A stretch of 62,958 bases of DNA, counting the filler, from Phoronis australis (taxonomy: Eukaryota; Animalia; Phoronida): NCBI GenBank assembly GCA_002633005.1. It is 10 parts of 10 records of this genome, joined end to end, with 100 filler letters (N's around TTAATTAATTAA, not from the genome) between each part and the next. Parts side by side here need not be neighbours in the genome. Positions count along the whole stretch, not along the records: positions 14,954 to 41,018 come from NMRA01001339.1; 9 more parts are not named here. One strand, given 5' to 3'. The notes beneath the pieces are model-generated. The model worked only from the letters and a program-made list of their open reading frames with translations, made no database searches and was not told the DNA's origin. Shown here in pieces: positions 27,101 through 39,100 of the stretch (position 1 is its first letter; every line of letters starts with the position of its first letter). A program made the translations under genes and the position numbers.

Positions 27101-30100
27101 AATTTAATGGAAGGGCATCAAGAAACTCAGAAGTATTCATAACTCGGCGACGTTTTCTCATTTTCTGGCAGATTTGACGCATTCTGCACCACTCTGTAGC
27201 CATTTTAACAAATTTTGTGTACTACGTTTTTTACATCACCCTCTTCATCCACCAAACCGCTTGAAGGCTCATTACTAAAATTTGGAGATGACATGTTCCT
27301 GATGAAAAGTCCGAGGCTGATGTTGATATACGGACATGTTCAACTGCTCTGGCCGCTTAATGGCAATGTTATTTTTGCGTCCGCGACAATATCTCTTTAT
27401 TCTTTGCAAGATCTTCCTGAAATTCAGGAGATGTTATCTTATGGAGATGACAACTGATGACAGCCAGTTTCAGACCAATCCAACTACAGCTATGGCACTT
27501 AGTGGCAACATTTTTAGTGATAACGTATTAATTAAATTCCTTAAAATTTGCCAACGAGTTTCAAAGATACAGAGGACAATAAAAAAATTCCACAACAGGG
27601 ACGCAGCAGTAGTCGGTGCCATCCAAATGTGATCGGTGTTGCCACTAGGAGGCACCACAGCAGTTGAAGACATCGAAAAATCATTGTCAACCATCATATT
27701 CAAACTAAAAACAAGCCAATTTTCACAATCACCCTTAGAGTGGTTTGGTTGATGGTGGGGCGGTAGCCGAAAAACAGACTTGAAACCAGTAAAATTGGCC
27801 ACTAGGTGGCACAAAATACTTTGAATCCATCCAAAATTGAAAGGATAGCATAATCTAATAGATGCCTGCCTGCCAAATTTATGAAAATCCGTTGAGTTAA
27901 ACGTAAAAATTAAAATTGTCACTAGAGGGCACACCAGGGGTCGGATCCACCCAAAATTCGTTATCACTCATTGTCAGCTTCATAGAAACACATCTGCCAA
28001 ATCTCAATATCCTGGAGATGCAGCTGCACCAGACAGCGGATGCCGGATACCGGACGTTCAGAGATGCCAGTAGTATGCACCACCCCCATAAAATATGTGG
28101 GCGCATAAAAAGACTTAGTACACTTTGCAAAGAACAAAAAAGAGCAAATTTTAAGGATGATGAGGCAAAAACTTTAAATTTTAAGTTACCAAAGCAAAAA
28201 TCTGGCACTCATGTGTCATGCTTTGAATAAAACTTCGGAATATCAACCTGAAAAACATGATGTCACATGACAAGTTAAATTCCGAGTCCATTTTTTCGTA
28301 AAGTTCACCCAACTTTTTGGTCTTTGTGGTTCTACCTTTCTTGTCAGCATTGCTATGTAAGAATGATCCCAGCTTCCCTGAGCGGTCACGTTACCAGTGC
28401 CTTTTATTAATATACAAATTACTCTACCTAATCTGTCATACGCTTATATCACTAGTTCAGAAGAGAATTTGGATTTATTAAATGGGTACATCCTGCCTTG
28501 ATCTGTTCTTATTCTTATACTTCCAAATGTCTTTCACAGAAAATTGAAAACCAAAAATGGAGATGTCCAAGCATATAACAACAAATGACGTTTTCAAAAG
28601 GTCATAAATCGCTGGAATCAATATCAACACAAAACAGCGCCTTGCCTTGACTTTGTCATTTTCTTCGTATCTGATCCACTCCCCATCCTCCGGATCATTA
28701 GAGAACAAGACAGCGAATAAATCCAGATCTTGAGCGTTTAGTGTCAATCCACCAATGCGAACGTTTGGCCTCAGTTTCACTGTCAGACTTTGCGGCCCAA
28801 TGGTAGAGCTGGGAGTCCATCCAGATGTGCCAACCAATGTCCGAATAGCTTCAGGAGTGACCATATTGACAGAAGATGTTGTGTTCACCATCACAGCAGC
28901 CTCCAGTAGCATCTTATCCACACAGACTGAAAGATATTGTATAGTATTCATACAGTAAATGAAAAAGTAATCAAAAAAAATACTAGTTCATCATGATGGT
29001 TTATTCTCATAAAATGGCAAAAATGCTTATAATATTGTGACGGCAAAATTCTATTTACACACGGGCTCAAGTCACTTTACTATCTTACTATCTTTCCTGC
29101 TAGTCTCAGTTGTGATGAAAGGCCACTCTAACGATGAATTCGACACCTCTCCAGCCATCATGACGGAGAATACCGGACCACTTTTTCTGGATACTTTTGG
29201 CTTGTACTGTATGTACATTTTAATCACAACATAAAAAGCAATTCTTAATCAGAAGTCAGATCTACCACTTACAATTTTTGCAAAAAATTAAAACTCATTT
29301 TGTATCAATTCGTGGCATAACATCAATGTGCAAAATCTTAATATTCCGACCACTGGCGTGTGATGACTACTGGTAGGCACTGAGCCAAAAGTCACACAGT
29401 TAAAATGATGTCCCCTCAAGACATGAGGGCATATCGGTCAGCAGATTTGGGGGTGGACTATAAGATGGCAGCTTCAGCCAGTGTTGACTTGTTTAGATCA
29501 TGAAGTTTCATACAGGGAACTTCCTTTAATTCTGACAGCGTGCGAAAGCAAACTTTGCAAACAAAGTTCATAAGTCACACAAGGAAGATATTATCAAAAA
29601 CAGCAAAATTCTGTAACTACATTGCTGAGTATATGTCGTACATGCTCTGAAAATTGCCAGTAGGATAAGCGGGTACTGTTTGATTGACTTTAAACATACA
29701 ACGAATTTTGAGAACTGGGACAAATTTTCAAAAAAATCATCAGTTTCAAAAATATTTTTATAAGCCCATATTTTGATGGCGTTATGTAATGATGCAAGTA
29801 ATTTTAGCTTGCACTTGAGGTGAAAATCTTCGTTAATGGAACGCAAAACAATGATTTCTATACCTTATTTTATAAATTACAAAACACAACCTAACATTCC
29901 AACATTATCAAGCAACCCTTCAACAGGCCGACACTTGACTAGGTTATGCGCGAACCACTAGATGGTCAGTCACTCGAGTGATTTTACGTGATCTCCTTTT
30001 TTCATAAAAAACTTTTCTACGGAACGCTATAACTCGACCACAAATATCTATCATTGACAACTCATAAAATTAGTGAACAATGAAATACCAGAAGGGCGAG

Positions 30101-33100
30101 CTGTACTGGACGCTGCTGTTGTTGCGTACACCGTGGTTGTGGATGGACGCAGAGTTGTGCTTAAAGCTGAAAACACAAAAATCGTGCACTGGCATCAGGC
30201 AATTCCCAAAACAAGAGCAATGCAGAGCGTTGCAATGTGCCCACAACTGCACCGCAAACGATGCGCTTCTAGGGCCGTTTATTTGTATCATAAATATGAC
30301 GGCAATAAGATGGTTCAGGACACATTTATTGCTTATCCACAAATGGGGCAGTGTCGTCTCTCAAAATTATTAGAAACCTCTATTAAATTTCATAAAAATC
30401 TGCCAAGGAGTTTCAAAGATACAGAGTACAGTCAACTAAAAATTTTTAATAAAATTACACTTGAGGGGCACAATAGTATCATCTAATTAACAGATGCATC
30501 TGTGCCAAAATGAAAATCCATTGAGGACCTTTGAAGATACTGAGGTAAAGTTAACATAAAAAACTAAAATTGCCACTAGGGGGCACACTGGTACATGGAT
30601 CCGTCTGAAATTCGCCGTCATCCATTGTCAACTTCACTGGTACATATCTTCAAAATCCAACCAACATCCTGTGAGTGGTTTAGAAGATACAGCCATGGGC
30701 ACCAAAAACTATAGGAGGCAAAACAGAAGTCAGTCGTCAGAAAATTATTGTTAGCCGTTCTCTTCCATGTAAAAATATATTAATTAAATGTCCCAATTTT
30801 CACGACCTTCCTTAGAGTGGTTTGGTTGATATAGGAGTGGATGCCAAAAAACACTCGAAAGCATTAAAAATGGACATTAGGTGGTGCAAAATAATTCAAA
30901 TGAATCGGAAAATGAGAGGATAGCACAATCTCACATTCAAATAGATACCTGTCTGTCAAATTTTATGAAAATGGGTTGAGGACCTTTGAAGATACAGACG
31001 AGGTAAACATGAAAAACGAGAGCGCTCGGAGGAGCGACACTTGGCGGAACTAATCGAAAAGACGACAATGAGGGAGACGACGACAATCAAGACGATCACG
31101 GCGGCAATTATGAATAAGACGATAACACGATAACATTAATGTGACTAGCGAAGAAATCAAATAGAGAGCAGACAATCAACTACAATAAAGAATTAGAGCG
31201 ACGACGGCAATCATGACGATCAAGGCGGCAATAATGGATAACACGGTAACATTCATGTGACTAGCGAAGAAATCAAATAGAGAGCATATAATGAACTAGA
31301 ATAAAGAACAATAGATGGCGCAACATGGCGGACGAGCCATGTCTTTTCCCACATTCTAAAATAGGTGGCGCTAAGTGACAGTCTCCAAAGCAAAGTTATG
31401 TTTACAATAAGTATTTGGCCTGAAATTGTACAGTCTACAGAGCGCTATTCAGCCACAGTAGAACAGTGCTGGCTGGGTCAGTCTGGGTCAACTAGGCATA
31501 ACCAAAACAAAGTGAACTNNNNNNNNNNNNNNNNNNNNNNNNNNNNNNNNNNNNNNNNNNNNNNNNNNNNNNNNNNNNNNNNNNNNNNNNNNNNNNNNNN
31601 NNNNNNNNNNNNNNNNNNNNNNNNNNNNNNNNNNNNNNNNNNNNNNNNNNNNNNNNNNNNNNNNNNNNNNNNNNNNNNNNNNNNNNNNNNNNNNNNNNNN
31701 NNNNNNNNNNNNNNNNNNNNNNNNNNNNNNNNNNNNNNNNNNNNNNNNNNNNNNNNNNNNNNNNNNNNNNNNNNNNNNNNNNNNNNNNNNNNNNNNNNNN
31801 NNNNNNNNNNNNNNNNNNNNNNNNNNNNNNNNNNNNNNNNNNNNNNNNNNNNNNNNNNNNNNNNNNNNNNNNNNNNNNNNNNNNNNNNNNNNNNNNNNNN
31901 NNNNNNNNNNNNNNNNNNNNNNNNNNNNNNNNNNNNNNNNNNNNNNNNNNNNNNNNNNNNNNNNNNNNNNNNNNNNNNNNNNNNNNNNNNNNNNNNNNNN
32001 NNNNNNNNNNNNNNNNNNNNNNNNNNTCTAGGAAACACACTGGAAGTCAGTTCCATCCGAAAATTCGGTCATGCCATCCCTGGCCAACCATGAAAGCAAA
32101 ACATGCAAATCTTCATGAACATTCATCAAAGGGTTTTGGAGCCCGACCAGCAGACAGTGATAACGGCATAATGCACCCTGTTACAAATATGTGGGTGAAT
32201 AAAAAGCACGCAATACCAAAATCTTTTGTGTTGAAAAAACAAAAAATAGCAAATTACAAAAGTGATTTAGCATCATGTTTCATCAGGTCTGGTTTCATTC
32301 AGGGTTTTGCCAAAACTTAATGAAGCCAGATGAATTCTAACAAAATTTGGCGACTTTTGAAGGTCCCAATATACTCAGTTACAGTGAAAATTACAAGCAA
32401 ACCCATCGGAGCTTTTCGTTGCCTTCATCATTTTAGCCACAGTAACTTTCAAAAGACATTCAACGAAATTTCTTCTCCGTGATATTCAACAAACCTTGTT
32501 GCCAAGCCATCTGGCATATTTTCAAATGAGAGCCTTCATTTCAATACTCGCCCTTCAGTGTATTTGCCACAGCTTTGACAAAGCCTTACAAAACTCCTCA
32601 AAATCGCACAACTTTCCTTGACATCACTTGCCTACCTCTGATGTAAATGTATATTTCAACGTGCATCAGCTAATGAACCTAGGTCTAATGTTTTACAGTA
32701 GGCAACCTGCTTTAATTCTTTACACAGAAACCTACAAAGGTCTACTCACAACACACAATGAAAATGACTTATTGAATGTACAACAGTTTTAAACAGGCGA
32801 CTTAAGCGCTTAACCTTTAAATGACTCACAGTAAATAAACTGCTGCAATGATTGAAATGGAACTATTACATAATATTACATCATTTGATAGACAATTATG
32901 TGTGTATGTTCACCAAACACAATGTTTATTAAAAAATTGAAACCCGTATGTATCTTTTTCAGAAGAACTCACAGTAAAACTAGAAACTGACATGGAATGT
33001 CGTGACACTCACTGGGTATTGGTGAACTGGTTGCAGCAGCTGTCGAGTAGATGGTCGTAGTGGAGTAAACAATAGTGGTCGTTGTCACAGCTATGGAGAA

Positions 33101-36100
33101 GACAACAAACAATGACCTCACCCATCCCAGGCACAGCATAGTTATCATCAATTGCAACATAAGTAGTTTTCATAATAAACTGGATAGCATTGCAATTCGA
33201 CCAAGTTTTGATGCACGTTTACTTAAAGCACTTATTTCTGAGCAAATAGAACACATTCCAAGTCTGGAAAAATCTGTCATGTGTTGTTCCTGGCAAATGG
33301 TCACCTTGCAAGTTCAATTACAAACAACTCGTAATTAGGGGCCATAACGGCTCAATAAAATCTTGACTGAAGGTCAACAAAAATGACATTTTAATGCACA
33401 CGTGTTTGACTGCCACAACATTGTGGCAACAGGTTTGTTCACCCCTGGCTACAGGCTTGTAGTCTCCATGTACTTGAACGACAGCAAACAACATGTTTTA
33501 ACATGTTAAAACAGACAAACTCTTTTACAAATAATTTAAAACATTTTCCGTTTTTACTAAAAACTTAGCCATCCTAGCAAAACATTTTATGTGCCAAGTT
33601 TAAGCCGATAAACATGAAAAGCATAAAGAGTTGGTGAGTGAACACAAGATCAACATACGTCTGCAAGAGGAACAACATTCGCCCTCAGGGGTGTATGGTT
33701 CTTCACTCTGAAAGCAAGAATATTGACAATCACATCCAGCAAAACTGCATGTAAAATATGTTTTGTGTTCATAACAAATATCAACCAATAAACCACTAAT
33801 GAAAAGTCAAAACCCAATCCTAAGCTGGCGTTTTCAACATTTAGTTACCAGCAGAATGGTTTAGAATCATTCAGTAGTTAGTAAGCAATTAGTGAACTTA
33901 AGGTAGGATTATCAGCACCGTGGGGGGAGGCAACAACCTGTCGCTTGTAACACCATGACCCACTCAATTGTCACCATTTCCACAAAGCTCCATGGTACCT
34001 TCAGCTGGTAAATAAGTGGATATTAGACACATATTATGTTAGACTCCATCCATTTGGTCCAGAGGACATGTCCAAGGTCTTGATTCAATAATGGACATGC
34101 CATCTAAATACAGCATTGTCCACCTCTTCCACTGGACAGCATGGATTACCTGCTTGCATTGTATGGCCACGCAACGGTCCTCTTCATTGGTACTACTAAT
34201 CTCATTCCACAGACACGTGTGTCTCACACAGTCAGGATCATGCTCATCTCTCCACGTCTCATTTGGCTAGAAGATAAAATGTGAGCAGCAATATCTTACC
34301 GAGTCAAATTTCAAAAAAAAAACAGACCAGAACCAACTATGCTGTGGTGGTTAACCGTGTGGTTCAACCTACCCAGTAGTACTCAGAAGTTCAAAGTATC
34401 GCTGTGTATTTTAATGCGCACTCACTCAAAAAGAAGACTAAAAGCTCATCGGACCTTACCTTCCACTGAACAAAAAACACATTCTCAGATATGGGCAAGT
34501 TGTTTACCTGTCTCATCACCCCATTCTGGTCGAGACATGGACAATCCTTCATGCGTATACACTTTGAGCCATAATACTTGTAGCCAGGTTTACACCTACA
34601 GCATGACTCTAAAGCATCATTATAACAAACGTGGAGTTCAGCCTGACAGAGGTCATCAGCTGGGCGACAAGTGTAGAGACATGGGACGATCATCTCCTGG
34701 TCCATTGGGCACTGGGCTGAAGCAAAGAAAAAACAAAACTATTCTTACTGCAATAAAGTGTTCCCTGTTGAACGATTGCTATTTCCGGCTACAACAGGAT
34801 GAAGTCACCTCTGTGCTCTACTAAGAAAAGTAATGCTGCGCTGGATGTTCACTATTGTGTCAGGCCTACTCACAAGATGTTGTTGATACAACTGTTGTAC
34901 TCGTCAACACCTTGGGTGGAGCGGAGGACGTCTGTGGCGAAGCAGTGGCAAACACAGATGTCGTTGCTGTCGGCTGCGTGCTCGTTGACAGGCTGGTCAA
35001 CATAAACACTGACGTGGTAGTAACGGTGGTTCGTGTAACACTGGAACAAACAAACCATGATCGAAAAGGTGCAAATCACAGTATAGGTTAAAGCCACTCT
35101 TTTTTCACAGGTTTCCAAGTCTCTTTGGATTTGAATAATGATTGGTTTGCCATGGCTCACAGCTACTTTCTTCGAGTTTCACAACAATCTGGTAAATTTC
35201 CAGGTGTGGTGCTAGTCAACCTCCATGGATTTTCTGCAGAAATGCAATGCTTACAATGCATACCATACTCTTTATATCCTGCCCATAATGTGTCTCAGCG
35301 AACTTTGATAATTACCGTCCACTCAAAGCACCCCCTTACCAAGAATGGTCAGCGTGGCAGTGGATTTCCCTGTTCAAACATTCACACTCCCGGCATGGAA
35401 TTGAGTGGTCCTCCTCATCTAGTTCATCAAACGTGCTTCCACTCTGTAGGGGTTGAAAAACCACTTTATTGAATGACAAAACTTCCCACTCAATGCATCA
35501 ATTGCTAATGAAGCACATCCATATACCACCAACGTTTAGTAAGATGTGTTCTGCAACGTTTCAGTCTGTAGACTATAAAGTCACAGCCTAACCACTATTA
35601 CAGACTAGACATAAAGTATAACCAACACAGAGAATTAACAACCCAATCTTTTCAAGCAATGGCATATGTTGGTCACATTCAGGGTCTCTGTTGCAGTAAA
35701 ATATCACCAAATTAAAGTGCTTAAAATCAGTAATAACACCTGACCAACAAATTAACCCGCCAGTCGGTCAGCTTTCAACTTACTCGAAAACATTATCTGA
35801 CGGTATCTTAATTAGCTGATCTCGATCGTTTACCAGCATTTATCGGTCAATACATATTATAATATGATATCTGGACAACAAATCACGGCACACTTAAGTA
35901 ATCCTCAACTGTGTTTAAAGGAGAATGCCACCCAAAAACAGCCTATTTTGTATCAATTTAGACTGAGTAGTTCCTCTTGATAACAGCAAGGTCAGTTCTT
36001 TTACCCGACACCTGACGGCAAACGGTGGTGTTGAAATTAACCAATGACTTCAGAGGTTCGAACACAGTCTGTTCAGCAGTTCACAACAAGCTTACTGGTG

Positions 36101-39100
36101 TCAGCTTATAGCTTGAATTCATCGTTTTACAGTCCAATAAATCATCAAAATTTGATGTAAAACATTAATAAGTCAAAAGCATCGAGTTCTTGAACAAACG
36201 TTTTATTTCTGTTACGGCGTATTGAGGTATTTGAATGTACCGTAGCTTACAAAGTTCATGAGGCCAATTTACCAAGGTCGGTCGCGGAAGTTTGGGGTCT
36301 GCTCGGTGATAAATTCGAATTATTCTTCGGAATCCGTGAAATACAGACAGAACATAGCTGTGTGTTTGATTTTAGACCTGTGATTTTTTTTAAGTTTTAA
36401 AAACACAAAACACTTGTTATCCCTTCCAGAGGCTCGGAATCTGATCAGGTCCATCGCGGTCGGACTGAAGACATCACGAACATAAAGCAGCCAAAGTTGG
36501 AAACTAAACGTCCCGATTTAGACAAGTGTCCATCCGATGAAGACTTCACAGGTTGATCGTTAGGTTCCACAGGCAATCAGTTCGAACCAAAATACACTGA
36601 TCAAGAAATTAATACGAGAGAGAAGCCCGGAACGTGCATGGTCAACAGAACATGCATAGTTTTGAAAACCGTTCGAAGCACTTGTCATGGTGTTAGTCCG
36701 CTAACTGCGTTTGTTGCCACAAAATTCCACAAGTGAAATGCTTTCTTGGAGAAGCGCAGATGAGTCTCACGGACAATCCTGATTTTGTTCCACATCTAAA
36801 CAGAGGTGTTCTTATGATGTTTTTTGGGGCTGGGAAAAAGAACTAGTGAAAACATCCTACACCCAGAAGACCAAACAGAAGCCTGACCAACGAGTAAGTC
36901 ATTAAACATGTTCTCACGACTTGAATTAATTGTTTTCATGACCAACTACAATTCTCCATAATCAAAAACTGATCAACAACAGATCCTGGTTTCTTTGCTG
37001 AACGCAAACACACTAGGCTCAGCCTCTGACTTCAGCTTCACTTTTTTTTTGCCCTGGCATGAGCTGTTAAGTAAGCCGTCATTCATCAGTGAAATTACTG
37101 TCGACAAAACGCCGGCCACAGACACAGAGATGTTTTACGGACTCCTACTTGGTATTAGGGCGTACTTTTCACTCTTCACTGTCGCAAGCCACTTCCGAAT
37201 CGTTACGGAAATCGAAAGAAGGATGTCATTACCCGCTTTCCTCGCAATTTCATTTTTCGCACAAGCAGCAACGATACACCACACCATAGCAGCACTCACT
37301 CTGCAGATGAACCACTGACATCGCTGCTTCATTTACTCAATTTCCTCACAGGTTAACGCCATACCTCTCGGCAATATAAGATCGATTGTATACGAGGTGA
37401 TGTGGATATCGACTGATTAAGACGGTAAACAAGACTAATTGAATCGGGTGGCATTCTAGCTTCTTTAATGTAAAACGTCAATAGATATTGCTGATCATTA
37501 TACCATGGTTCATGCTATCAAAGCGAATGACGAGACATTGCATCTACCATTCTGATCACTTGTTGTGGTACATTGGGGAAGTGCAGGTATGGCACAAGTT
37601 TGAACAAGAAACTTGCATGTTGACGGACATGACGCTGGGTATGTTCAAACATCACACTCATGTCCGTAAAAATAAGATACTTTCAATTGAATTTACTTAT
37701 CTTCTACTTTCTCGCTTTTGGTATTCTTAATTCATGTCATTGTTATATGCAGTGCTATACAGGAAGATTCAGTGGTACTGACAAATAATGCAGGCACATG
37801 TCAAAACAAGGTAAATGGAGGTTTGAACATTTAAGACACAACACGGCAAACACCGTTCCCTCACTGTTTTTATAACAGGCGGGTGGTGCAAAACCTTTTA
37901 TGCATTAATTTCAAGTTTCCCAATGTTCAAGTTTTGCACTACACAGCTAAACATATCACGAGACAATTATTAGCTTTTGAAAACTCATCAAATCTTCGGC
38001 AAGAAAAACAAGGGTAGAGAAAGCATTTGAGCCCTGCTCGAAGTCATACAACTGTCCCGGTTGAACTGTGTAACAAAACACAGCTTAGCAACGGGCTAGA
38101 GGTCCTGTTCGATAACATATTTGCTTTATTAATCCATATGAATTTTGAATATCCAAGTCCAGAATGTAAAAATCTGTACGTACCGAATAAATCTTTCCTC
38201 TGTAGGCACACGCACACTCTGGCTGCTTTGAGCAGAAAATGCCTTTATTTGTAGTCACTTCATGAACATAAGGGGCTGGACACGAACAGTTGTGCAGACT
38301 ACCATTCATGACTGTTACGTGTTCCATGCTGTGCTCGCCGATGGTAGCCCCTATGTAGAATGCTGCACAAGAGCTGAGCTCCTCCCCACACGGGTAGTTG
38401 CAGGCAATCACCTGCTTGTCACAAACTGTATAAAGAGAAACGCAAAACATTGAAATGCGCCTTCTACTGCAAAGCAGTATGCATCTGGAGATGTTTATTA
38501 GTATCGAAAATGACCAACAGAAGGGGCAGAACGTCAGAAAACGAGAAACATTTTGTCATATCCCTCACATAACTTATTTGACAAATTTCATGAAAATTTT
38601 TCTGGAAACTCAAAGATATAGGTGCTCATAGAAAATAGAATTGCCACTACGAGACACAGCAGCTGTCAGATCCTTCCCAAAGATTCTTCTTAGGAATACA
38701 CTACACAAAGATCTCACAAGAGGTTTGTGCATGCAAACAAAAACAAAATTGCCACCAGGGTGTACCATGATAGTAGTTTGTCGGACCCATCAGCAAATCA
38801 ACTTTGGTTGTGTAATTGTATTCAGAACAAAACCATGTCATTTTTTTAACTATCTTTTGAGCACTTTGGTGGATAGAGAAGTTGGCACAAAAAACAAAAA
38901 AGTGACGGACACATGGTACAGAATAGTCTCAATGTCTGAAAATACGTCAATGTGTTATCATCTTAATAGAAACCTACTGTAGCGATGGAAAACATTTGAC
39001 AAGCACAGGGATGCTTCGAAGAGATAAGTATGAAATCATTTAACCTGAATCCAGGCATTTATGCTCAGGTATGAAATCAATGTGGTTACACTCCAGTGCC

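Larger units (their letters stand above)
30208..32205. mobile_element. Second Helentron-like element copy (spans the assembly gap)
   Basis: Begins aacaagagcaatgcagagcgttgcaatgtgcccaca, shares internal blocks with 27530-28060, and ends with ..aaatatgtgggtgaataaaaa. Confidence 0.5.

Noticed and set aside
26677-28230. ORFs of 98-166 aa on both strands
   Set aside because: They lie inside a repeat element and show no recognisable domain or splice logic.
31365-32093. Long ORFs of 182-242 aa
   Set aside because: They are composed of N-gap codons.
34870-35160. Cys-containing ORF read as a C8-like domain
   Set aside because: Exon phases select the alternative Thr-rich frame, and the ORF frame stops at the donor.
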